NCBI GenBank assembly: GCA_051439425.1
Contig: JBFRWD010000006.1
Coordinates: forward strand, 1 to 63,725
Direction: 5' to 3'
From: Synechococcus sp.
GTDB taxonomy: Bacteria > Cyanobacteriota > Cyanobacteriia > Thermostichales > PCC-7336
Length of the DNA stretch: 63,725 bases
Within the stretch, counting starts at the first letter, position 1; the number at the start of each line of letters is the position of its first letter. This document shows, piece after piece, positions 18,333 through 27,167 of the stretch. A program made the position numbers and the translations under genes. The notes beneath the pieces were generated by a model. The model ran no database searches and was not told the DNA's origin. It saw only the letters and a list, made by a program, of their open reading frames with translations.

Positions 18333-20912
18333 ATGCCAGTCATCGATATCGACCGACTGATCGACACCGACATCATGCGGCCCGCCCGCTATTTGGGCAA
18401 TGAGTTTGGAGCCGCTCATCGCGACTGGAACAGCGCCACCGTCCGCTGGGTGCTTACCTATCCCGAACTTTACGAAGTGGGAGCGTCCAACTCCGGCCAT
18501 ATCATTCTCTACAACATACTCAACGCCCAACCCCGACAACTGTGCGATCGCACCTACCTGCCCGGCAACGACCTCAGCGATCGTCTCAAGTCCAACAAGA
18601 TTCCGCTATTCGCGGTCGAATCCCGCCGCGACATCAAGGAATTCGACATTATCGGCTTCAGCTTGGCCTACGAGCTAGGGGGCAGCAATGTCTTGGAAAT
18701 GCTGAGCTTAGCCGAGATTCCTCTCACCTGGCAGGAGCGCAACCAGCATGATGTCGCCACCTATCCGCTAGTGTTTGCCGGTGGCCCGACCGCTACGTCC
18801 AACCCCGAACCGTTTGCAGAATTCTTCGACTTCTTTGTGTTGGGGGATGGAGAAGAAGTCCTGCCCGAAATTGGCCTGGTCATCGAAGAAGGACTGAAAG
18901 ACGGTTTATCTCGTCGCGATCTTCTTCTGGATCTAGCGCAAGTGCCGGGAGTGTACGTACCTCAGTTTTATGACGGAATCAACCCCGAGCCATTGATGGA
19001 AGGTGTTCCCGAGCGCATCGTTCGTCGCGTCGCGACTCCAATGCCCCAATACGCGATCGGCGGCCCGGTGCCTTACGTCGAAACCGTTCACGATCGCCTC
19101 AGCCTAGAAGTTCGTCGCGGCTGTACCCGTGGCTGCCGCTTCTGCCAACCGGGAATGCTCACCCGCCCCGCCCGCGATGTCGACCCCGATGACGTTGTAG
19201 AGGCGATCGCTGATGGCCTACAAAAAACTGGATACGACGAATTCTCCCTCTCCTCCCTCAGTTGCTCGGATTATCTGTCGCTACCTGCTGTTGGAGCCGA
19301 GTTACACAATCGCCTGGGAAGCACCCACGTTAATTTGTCGCTACCCAGCCAGCGCGTCGATCGGTTTGACGAAAACATTGCTGCCGTTATGGGAGGTACT
19401 CGTCGTCCCACCCTGACCTTTGCTCCCGAAGCCGGTACCCAGCGGATGCGGGATGTCATCAACAAAGGATTGACCAATGCCGATCTACTGCGAGGGGTCA
19501 AAACCGCTGCGGAGCAGGGCTGGGATAAAGTCAAGCTCTATTTCATGATTGGGTTGCCTGCTGAAACCGATGTTGATGTAGTCGGTATTGCCGAAACCAT
19601 CGCCATGCTGCAGCGAGAATGCCGACCTGCCAGCGGTCGCAAGCTCAAAGTCAACGTCACGATCTCCAACTTCACCCCCAAGCCCCACACTCCCTTCCAA
19701 TGGCACCGCGTCGATCATGCTGAAATTGAGCGCAAGCAGAAATTACTCAAAGAGCAATTCCGTCGCATGCGCGGAGTAAAGGCCAACTTCACCGATATTC
19801 GCTTCTCCATGCTGGAAGACTTCATCGGCAAAGGCGATCGCCGCCTCAGTCGCACCATCTATCAGGCATGGGCTAATGGCGCTGGCATGGATAGCTGGTG
19901 GGAAGGCATCGACGCTGCTTACAAAGCCTGGGTTACCGCCTACCGCCAAAGCGTCCCCGACGCCGTCCTGGCTGGAACGGACGAGCACCCGCAGTTACCC
20001 GCATTCAACTACGACCTTGACGATCGCCTCCCTTGGGATCGCATTGACACCGGCATCAGCAAAGACTGGCTCCAACAAGATTGGGCCAATGCTCTGGAAG
20101 CAGCCACTGTCCCCGACTGCTCCTTCGACAGCTGCTCCCACTGCGGTATCTGCGGCGTGGATTTTGGCCACAACATCGTGCTGCCGGCGCTTCCTGTTCC
20201 CCAAATTGCTAAACAACCCCATGGAGAACATCGCCCCAAAGCCGTCCAGCGCTTCCGTGTTACCTTCTCCAAGCAAGGCAGTATGAGACTGGTGGGGCAT
20301 CTCGACCTATTGCGATTGTGGGAACGGGCCTGTCGGCGCGCCCAATTACCCTTGGCATTCAGTGGTGGTTTCCATCCCTCCCCGCGGATCTCTACAGCCA
20401 GTGCTCTCGCCCTCGGTCATGTCAGCCAAGGAGAAGTGGTCGATATCGAGCTGATCGAATCCATGCCAGTTGCCATCCTACGCGATCGGTTATCCGCCCA
20501 ACTCCCCACTGAATTGGCAATTATCGACGCGATCGAGCTAGCTTTAGATGCACCATCTGCCACAAAAGCACTCTCAGCAGCTGAATACGTTTGCAAAATT
20601 GAAGCTCAACAACCCGCTGATTGGCAAAACGCAATTAACCAGATTCTTTCTGAATCGGAAATATGGCTGGATAAAACATCCAAATCGGGTAAGGCATATC
20701 GCGTGAATGGGCGGGAATTACTGTATCAATTGTCAATTGAGACGAGCGAGGAGTCACGGGCAACTCTCCGCTATCAAGGGTGCTGCCGCAATGACGGCAC
20801 GATGCTCCGACCGCAGCAGCTCGTAGATATGCTGACTCAGTATCTGCCGGATTCCGTTGAGCTACGTCTTGACTTTGTAGAACGACAACGGCTCATTTTT
20901 CAGGCCAATTGA
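18333..20912 (+). CDS. TIGR03960-type radical SAM protein fused to a TIGR03936/DUF2344 domain
   Basis: PARYLGNE, RGCTRGCRFC (CxxxCxxC), FAPEAGTQRMR; C-terminal GHLDLLRLWERA...SGGFHPSPR. Confidence 0.93.
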   Translation: MPVIDIDRLIDTDIMRPARYLGNEFGAAHRDWNSATVRWVLTYPELYEVGASNSGHIILYNILNAQPRQLCDRTYLPGNDLSDRLKSNKIPLFAVESRRDIKEFDIIGFSLAYELGGSNVLEMLSLAEIPLTWQERNQHDVATYPLVFAGGPTATSNPEPFAEFFDFFVLGDGEEVLPEIGLVIEEGLKDGLSRRDLLLDLAQVPGVYVPQFYDGINPEPLMEGVPERIVRRVATPMPQYAIGGPVPYVETVHDRLSLEVRRGCTRGCRFCQPGMLTRPARDVDPDDVVEAIADGLQKTGYDEFSLSSLSCSDYLSLPAVGAELHNRLGSTHVNLSLPSQRVDRFDENIAAVMGGTRRPTLTFAPEAGTQRMRDVINKGLTNADLLRGVKTAAEQGWDKVKLYFMIGLPAETDVDVVGIAETIAMLQRECRPASGRKLKVNVTISNFTPKPHTPFQWHRVDHAEIERKQKLLKEQFRRMRGVKANFTDIRFSMLEDFIGKGDRRLSRTIYQAWANGAGMDSWWEGIDAAYKAWVTAYRQSVPDAVLAGTDEHPQLPAFNYDLDDRLPWDRIDTGISKDWLQQDWANALEAATVPDCSFDSCSHCGICGVDFGHNIVLPALPVPQIAKQPHGEHRPKAVQRFRVTFSKQGSMRLVGHLDLLRLWERACRRAQLPLAFSGGFHPSPRISTASALALGHVSQGEVVDIELIESMPVAILRDRLSAQLPTELAIIDAIELALDAPSATKALSAAEYVCKIEAQQPADWQNAINQILSESEIWLDKTSKSGKAYRVNGRELLYQLSIETSEESRATLRYQGCCRNDGTMLRPQQLVDMLTQYLPDSVELRLDFVERQRLIFQAN

Positions 20913-21003
20913 CATGGGCTGAAATTAAGATTTTGTAATCCAATATTTGAAGGCCAACACAAGGGTTTTCTGCAATTTTCTTAAAGCTTGCGCAAGTTCC
21001 CTA

Positions 21004-21031
21004 TTAACAAATTCCGTCTTGGCGCTATAAT
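21004..21031 (+). promoter_or_regulatory. Putative sigma70 promoter for rne
   Basis: TTAACA (21004-21009), 16-bp spacer, TATAAT (21026-21031). Confidence 0.5.
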
Positions 21032-22105
21032 CTTCACCAAGCTAGCTATGCGCGAGTTGGTCGAAACCCTAGCATGCTGGCATCTGGCAGTGACATGCTT
21101 GAATCTGCCATCGAAAGACTGGAGCCAGGTTTAATACTGCGGAGTCTTGTCCTACACCGGTGAGTTAGGTGGCGGTGTCACTTGATCTACGGGTAAAGCC
21201 GATCGGTCGGTTGTTGGTTGTTGCCGTCTAGTTAGATTCTTCAACTAGATTTTGCAGATACCCTCGATTGGAACTGACTCCAAGGCAACTAAGCTGCGCT
21301 CTGGTATTGCAACGAGTGAGACTCTGACTGATGAAACGAGCCGTCAGTCTGCTTGCAACCCTCGTGACTGAGCTTTTTTGCATGGAAAGCTTTTATGTAA
21401 AAGACATTCTTACGTGAAAGGCATAGTCAAGCTGAGTGACTGTAGGCTCACTGCTCTCAAGCGACATTCGATCGAGATATTCAAGCAGCTTCAACCTGTC
21501 GGTGCCAACTGACATAGTGTTTGGGCTAGAGCCTAAACGCTTGCGGTTTTTTACTCGCGTGAATGGTAGTTGATGTTGCGTCTGCTCCGGTGTGCCCAGG
21601 CTGGGTTTGCACTTAGTTGACTGTCTCTCGCAGCTACTGGGAGCTCTCACCAACACAGGTTCCGGACCTCACTCAATGTTCGAGGTGTTGTCGCTTTCCG
21701 CTCCTTAACCGAGATGGTAAGTATCTCAACTTGTTCCGGAATTGAGTGACATCTGCGTGAAAGGCGCTTGCCACGGTGGTTTGAGTAATCCCTTAGAATC
21801 CAATGATTTTGAAGACACTCTGCCCCCGGATGTGGTGAGACTCGCTCGTGAGTCACGACCTCCGACTTGGTGGAGCTGGCTGGCGAAACACCTTTTGGGC
21901 AGGTTGTTTGCAACACAGGCCGATGTTGCAAACAAGCCCACAACGGTGTCTCAATCCAACATCTATATCGCTTGAGATTCTAGGCATCTGCTGAGTCCTG
22001 ACTCCAGCACGCAGCTCCGCTCCCACAAGCTAGCTCCCTCGAACCTCTATTGCGTGACCGCCTATTCGGGCTAACTGCAGGCTTCCTGCATCTTTTGAGG
22101 ACTCT

Positions 22106-24184
22106 ATGTCGAAGCAAATTATCATCGGCGAGCAGCACCGTATCGCTGCAGTTTTTTCGGACGATCGCATTCAAGAACTCATCGTGGCCAGCGGCCACCA
22201 CCAAGTTGGCGATGTGTACCTCGGGGTAGTGGAAAACGTTCTACCCAGTATTGACGCCGCCTTTATCAATATTGGTAACCCAGAAAAGAACGGATTTATT
22301 CACGTTAGCGATTTGGGTCCCGTGCGTCTCAAGCGCAGCAGTGCCCACATTACCGAGCTGGTTGCCCCCCAGCAAAAGGTGCTGGTGCAAGTCATGAAAG
22401 AACCCACCGGCAATAAGGGACCGCGGCTGACGGGGAATTTATCCTTTCCCGGACGCTATTTAGTCCTGATGCCCTCAGGTCGTGGTGTCAATCTATCCTC
22501 TCGCATTCGTGATGAAGAAGAGCGCAATCGTCTCAAGTCTTTGGCTATTTTGATCAAGCCGCCGCAAATGGGGTTGATGGTGCGCACCGAAGCGGACGGT
22601 ATGCCGGAAGAGAGCATCATCGAGGACTTAGAGATTCTCAAAAAACAGTGGGAGAACATTCAGCAAGAACAGCATTCCACTCGCGCTCCCAGCTTGCTCA
22701 ATCGAGATAATGATTTTGTTCAGCGGGTTTTGCGGGACGCCTTCAACGATGGGGTGAACCGCATTGTGGCCGATTCTCCCGAAGCGGCGGCCCGCGTACG
22801 CAAACACCTGCAGAATTGGAATAAAGGCCGGATGCCGTCAGGGGTGGCGATCGACCAGCATCGCGAATCGATCCCAATCTTCGACTACTACCGCGTTAAT
22901 GCCGCGATCCGCGAAGCACTCCGCCCGCGAGTTGATTTACCCTCTGGTGGTTACATCATCATCGAGCCCACAGAAGCCCTGACCGTTGTTGACGTGAACT
23001 CGGGGTCGTTCACGCGCTCGGCCACCTCGCGCGAAACGGTATTGTGGACCAACTGCGAAGCTGCCACCGAAATCGCCCATCAACTGCGGCTGCGAAATAT
23101 CGCCGGTGTGATTGTAGTGGACTTCATCGATATGGATTCCCGCCGCGATCAACTGCAGGTCCTGGAGCATTTCAATAAGGCATTGCGGGCAGATAAAGCT
23201 CGTCCCCAGATTGCTCAGTTGTCCGAGCTGGGGTTGGTTGAACTCACCCGCAAGCGTCAGGGGCAAAGCTTGTACGAAGTCTTTGGCCGCCCTTGCCCCA
23301 CCTGCGAAGGGTTGGGTCTGCTGGCCCATCTACCCGGGCAGCAGCCCGAACTCGATCGCGGTCCTTTCGATCGATCGGTGGCCAATGCCTCAGCTGTACT
23401 GGCTGGCGATGCCGACACCTCGAATGCACTGCCGGGAACAAAAATTGGAGTTGGCGGCGATCGCAACGGTGGTTTCCGCCGTCGAGGGCGTCCTTCCAAT
23501 GGGACCAGTTCCAACCGCCCCGCAGGATCGATCCCCGAAAACCTATATCAGGGTGGTCGTCGCCGTCGCCAGCCGTCGCGTTTCGAAGGGGCCAGCAAGC
23601 CAGAGCGCGATCCGAGCAAATCGATCGAGACCGCATCGGAATCGAGTACGCCGTCGCCTGTCCCTCTTCCCAGCAAGAAAGCTCCTCGCAAAGTCATTCA
23701 AGTGGAAATGACTCCACTGCAGCAACAGGTCTACTCCGAGATGGGCATCTCACCTCTGGCATTACTAGATGAGCCAGCCAAAACCGGTCGAGATACGGTG
23801 GTTGCTGTTACCCTTCCAGGTCAATCCTTGAGCGATGTGATGGAAGATACGGGCAAAGAGGAGAGCAAGACCCCTCCAATCCTAGATGGGAGTAGTGAAG
23901 ACCTTAGCAGTGAAGATTTGGGCAGCGAAGAAGATACAGGGTCGGCCACTGTTACCAGTGAAGAGGATGCTAACGACCTTCCCGGAGTCGATGAACTCAT
24001 TGCAACAGATGGGGATAGCGATGCACCGTTAGTGGATGCTGCCGAAACCTCTATGGCAGTCGCAGTAGATGCTGGAGATGAACCCGAAGAGGAAGGAGCG
24101 GCTGCTGGTGTAGATGAAGTTGTTCCCCAGAAGCAATCCCCTGCCGCCTCTCGCCGCAGACGGCGATCGCGAAGTTCCTCCTAA
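22106..24184 (+). CDS. rne: Ribonuclease E/G
   Basis: S1 domain, DVNSG, IVVDFIDM, CPTCEG Zn-link; acidic disordered tail ending RRRRRSRSSS. Confidence 0.97.
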   Translation: MSKQIIIGEQHRIAAVFSDDRIQELIVASGHHQVGDVYLGVVENVLPSIDAAFINIGNPEKNGFIHVSDLGPVRLKRSSAHITELVAPQQKVLVQVMKEPTGNKGPRLTGNLSFPGRYLVLMPSGRGVNLSSRIRDEEERNRLKSLAILIKPPQMGLMVRTEADGMPEESIIEDLEILKKQWENIQQEQHSTRAPSLLNRDNDFVQRVLRDAFNDGVNRIVADSPEAAARVRKHLQNWNKGRMPSGVAIDQHRESIPIFDYYRVNAAIREALRPRVDLPSGGYIIIEPTEALTVVDVNSGSFTRSATSRETVLWTNCEAATEIAHQLRLRNIAGVIVVDFIDMDSRRDQLQVLEHFNKALRADKARPQIAQLSELGLVELTRKRQGQSLYEVFGRPCPTCEGLGLLAHLPGQQPELDRGPFDRSVANASAVLAGDADTSNALPGTKIGVGGDRNGGFRRRGRPSNGTSSNRPAGSIPENLYQGGRRRRQPSRFEGASKPERDPSKSIETASESSTPSPVPLPSKKAPRKVIQVEMTPLQQQVYSEMGISPLALLDEPAKTGRDTVVAVTLPGQSLSDVMEDTGKEESKTPPILDGSSEDLSSEDLGSEEDTGSATVTSEEDANDLPGVDELIATDGDSDAPLVDAAETSMAVAVDAGDEPEEEGAAAGVDEVVPQKQSPAASRRRRRSRSSS

Positions 24185-24239
24185 AAACGTCTCCTCCTAA
24201 GCGTCTACCGTGATAAACCGGTCGAATCCACCCAGCCCC

Positions 24240-24330
24240 ATCTAACTCACAGCTGAGCTACACCGAGGCGGACGGGGTCGAGTTGAGCGCCTCCGAGCCC
24301 CTTCGTGATTGCAGCTCAGTTGTGTGAGAT
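24240..24330. other. Candidate structured RNA/DNA element (long stem enclosing a potential pseudoknot)
   Basis: 24248-24262 pairs with 24310-24324 (13 of 15 Watson-Crick); inner GAGGCG/CGCCTC and GGGGTCG/CGAGCCCC helices are interleaved. Confidence 0.5.
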
Positions 24331-24360
24331 ACAGTAGCCGTATTCCGAGTACATCACAGC

Positions 24361-26190
24361 ATGCGGAGGTTGCGGGTGGCTGAACCAAACGGCTGGTGTT
24401 CCCGAAACGGTCGGTATGTCTGGGGACTCACTTGGACGCAATGGGTGCGTTTGATGTTGCTGGGATTGGTGTGTGTGGCCCTGACTGCTTGCACTCTCTC
24501 CCCAGCAACCGTCGATCGCCCCTATTTACTGGCGTCAGCCCTCGGCGATCCCGCGACGTTTAACTATTACCTCTCCAATGACAATCTCTCGCGGGTGATT
24601 CTGGAACCCACCTTGTCAGGATTGACGCGCTTAAACAGCGACACCTTAGAGTGGGAGCCCGATCTTGCAGAGAATTGGGAGGTATTCGACGATGGGTTAC
24701 GGCTGGTGTTTACCCTGCAACCCGATTTGAAGTGGTCAGATGGAGAGCCGCTGACGGTTGAAGATGTGCGGTTCACGTTTGAGGACGTCATCTTCAACGA
24801 TGCCATCCAAACCTCCAGCCGAACTGTGATGGAGATAGGAGAATCTCGGACGTTGCCTCTGGTTAGAGTTGTAGGCGACCGGCAAATTGAATTTCAGTTA
24901 CCCGAACCGTTTGCCCCATTTCTTCAGGCAGTGGGGACTCCCATTCTCCCCAAACATGTATTTGCACGCGGCATCGAACAAACAGGCTCGGATGGGTTTC
25001 CCCTGTTTATCAAACAGTGGGGGCTAGATACTCCCGTTCGCCATCTAGTCAGCAGTGGTCCTTACGTGTTGTCCTCTTACGTTCCCGGCCAACGAGTGGA
25101 ATATCGCCCCAATCCTCATTACTACCGAATAGGAGACAATGGAGAGACGTTGCCAAAAGTACAGCGATTTATTCGCCAATTTGTGGCATCCCAAGATAAT
25201 CAATTATTGCAATTCCGCTCGGGCAGCTTGGATCTTTATACGCTCCGAAGTAGTGACTTTCAGTTGCTCAAACGAGAAGAGGACAGCGGCCAGTTCACCG
25301 TTTACGATCTGGGGCCGACCCTCAACAATAGTTTCTTCTGCTTCAATCAATCCACCGGCTTGAATCCGGATACTGGGCAGCCATTAGTCGATCCGGTAAA
25401 AAGTCGCTGGTTCACAGATACCGCATTTCGGCAAGCGGTATCCTTTGCCGTCAATCGGCAGCGGTTAATCGATAGCGTGCTGCGCGGGTTAGGGGCACCT
25501 CAAATTTCTCCTATCTCCCCAGCCAGCCCTTTTCATCTCAGTGCCGACGATGGCCGTTTGCCTCTCTATCCCTACGATCCCGATCGGGCCAAGCAACTGT
25601 TGCAAGAAGCTGGCTATACGTATAACTCTCGCGGACGGCTGCTCGATCCCGATGGAAACGAAGTGCGATTTGCCCTCAATACCAATGTGGGGAATACTGC
25701 CCGCGAGGCCATGGCTGCTGCGATCGATGCCGACCTCGATCGCATCGGAATTACAGTAGACATCTCACTGATTGACTTTGGGGTGTTGGAAGAAAAGCTC
25801 AGCAAAACCTTTGATTGGGATGCCGTGATGTTGAGTTTGGGAGGGGGCGGCACGGAACCCAATAGCGGGGCCAATGTTTGGCGAAGTACGGGGAAGTTGC
25901 ATTTGTGGAACCCGCCTGGAAGCACAGGGCGAGAGCTAGAAGGGCGTCAAGTAACTGACTGGGAACGGGAAATCGACGCAATTTTCAGTCAAGGCACCAA
26001 AGAGCTGGATTTTGATAAACGCAAGCAACTGTACGATCGCTTTCAAATCATCGTGCAGGACCAACTCCCTCTGATCGGTACTGTGAATCCTCTTAGTCTG
26101 GTGGCGGTGCGAGATCGCGTCCTGGGGGCCGACCCCCGCCCGATTCTAGGAGAGTTATGGAATCTGGATGAGCTGCAGGTGATTCCTTAA
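24361..26190 (+). CDS. ABC transporter solute-binding lipoprotein, family 5 (peptide/nickel type)
   Basis: Lipobox LTAC; PDLAENW, KWSDGEPLTVEDVRFTF, SSGPY. True start may be GTG 24445. Confidence 0.92.
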   Translation: MRRLRVAEPNGWCSRNGRYVWGLTWTQWVRLMLLGLVCVALTACTLSPATVDRPYLLASALGDPATFNYYLSNDNLSRVILEPTLSGLTRLNSDTLEWEPDLAENWEVFDDGLRLVFTLQPDLKWSDGEPLTVEDVRFTFEDVIFNDAIQTSSRTVMEIGESRTLPLVRVVGDRQIEFQLPEPFAPFLQAVGTPILPKHVFARGIEQTGSDGFPLFIKQWGLDTPVRHLVSSGPYVLSSYVPGQRVEYRPNPHYYRIGDNGETLPKVQRFIRQFVASQDNQLLQFRSGSLDLYTLRSSDFQLLKREEDSGQFTVYDLGPTLNNSFFCFNQSTGLNPDTGQPLVDPVKSRWFTDTAFRQAVSFAVNRQRLIDSVLRGLGAPQISPISPASPFHLSADDGRLPLYPYDPDRAKQLLQEAGYTYNSRGRLLDPDGNEVRFALNTNVGNTAREAMAAAIDADLDRIGITVDISLIDFGVLEEKLSKTFDWDAVMLSLGGGGTEPNSGANVWRSTGKLHLWNPPGSTGRELEGRQVTDWEREIDAIFSQGTKELDFDKRKQLYDRFQIIVQDQLPLIGTVNPLSLVAVRDRVLGADPRPILGELWNLDELQVIP

Positions 26191-26310
26191 TCTGATGATG
26201 CATGTGAGGGGAAGTTGTCCCATTGTGAGAGAGACGATCGCTGCCACTCAGATTGCTCTCAGGTAGCCACAGTAGGATTGCGGCAGACCCGTTGCTCTCC
26301 ACTTTTTTTC

Positions 26311-26976
26311 ATGGTTGCCACCTCCAGAAAGCCCGCCAGCCTGATTGTCGATGCCGATGGTGTCTGCCAGACGATGGGGACGGCTTCTCCTCAGTTGCGG
26401 ACATTTCCCCAACGCAATCCCTACCGCCTCTATCGATTCCTGAGCGATTTGGATGACTTAGTGGCATCGGTCAAAGACGAACGCACTCGCTTGCACATTG
26501 GTGCGGAGCTGGTGCGGCGGTTGCTAGCCAGAGCCAGTTGGATTGGCGATACATTGCCCATGCCGGATGAAGACAAGGGGTGGGCCGTCCATACACTCTA
26601 CAAAGAGCCGGACTATCCATTCACCATCCAGACCGTATCGTGGTTGCCCGGCAGTCCATCTCCCGTGCATAACCATGCCACCTGGAGTTTGGTGACGTTG
26701 ATGGGGGATGAATCCGCAGGGCGAGAGCGCAATCGGTTGTGGAAGCGGATCGACGATCGCAGTCGTTCCGGTCATGCTCGGTTAGAGCTGGTGGAAGAAC
26801 GACTGCTGTATCCCGGGGACATTATTGGTTTCACTCCAGAGGCGATTCATAGTGTGGAGCAGGAAGCGGCTGAAGACTCCTGGTTGCCCACGTTTACATT
26901 CAATGTTTACGGCCTAACGGATTATCCCAATCGTTTTGAGTACGATCCCGCCAGCAATAGCGTCAAGAATTTTTAG
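26311..26976 (+). CDS. Cupin / cysteine-dioxygenase-like protein
   Basis: YRLYRFL, SPVHNHATW and EAIHSVE metal-binding His motifs. Confidence 0.82.
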   Translation: MVATSRKPASLIVDADGVCQTMGTASPQLRTFPQRNPYRLYRFLSDLDDLVASVKDERTRLHIGAELVRRLLARASWIGDTLPMPDEDKGWAVHTLYKEPDYPFTIQTVSWLPGSPSPVHNHATWSLVTLMGDESAGRERNRLWKRIDDRSRSGHARLELVEERLLYPGDIIGFTPEAIHSVEQEAAEDSWLPTFTFNVYGLTDYPNRFEYDPASNSVKNF

Positions 26977-26993
26977 GAGTCAGTCTCTAGACG

Positions 26994-27098
26994 TATAGCA
27001 ATCCGCTGTAAGGTCTGGAGAGTTGAGGCCCTGAAAATACTTGCCTTTCAAGGAAAAGTGGTCAATAAACTCTCCATAGCGGGTTGCCGATCGCTATA
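26994..27098 (+). repeat. Family A element, copy 3
   Basis: TATAGCAATCCGCTGTAAGGTCTGGAGAG...CTCTCCATAGCGGGTTGCCGATCGCTATA, 105 bp. Confidence 0.9.
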
Positions 27099-27167
27099 TT
27101 TTTCGGCCGGGTCAAGAGAAGTTGTGGTGGGATAGGTTTGACGTGTTGAAGTCTTCTGGGTTGATTT

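Noticed and set aside
21326..21349. Hammerhead ribozyme (CTGATGA...GAAAC)
   Set aside because: CTGATGA overlaps GAAAC with no stem II; it is a simple hairpin.
21393..21975. Short ORFs in the rne upstream region
   Set aside because: Mutually overlapping on both strands with no recognisable features; a true uORF cannot be excluded.
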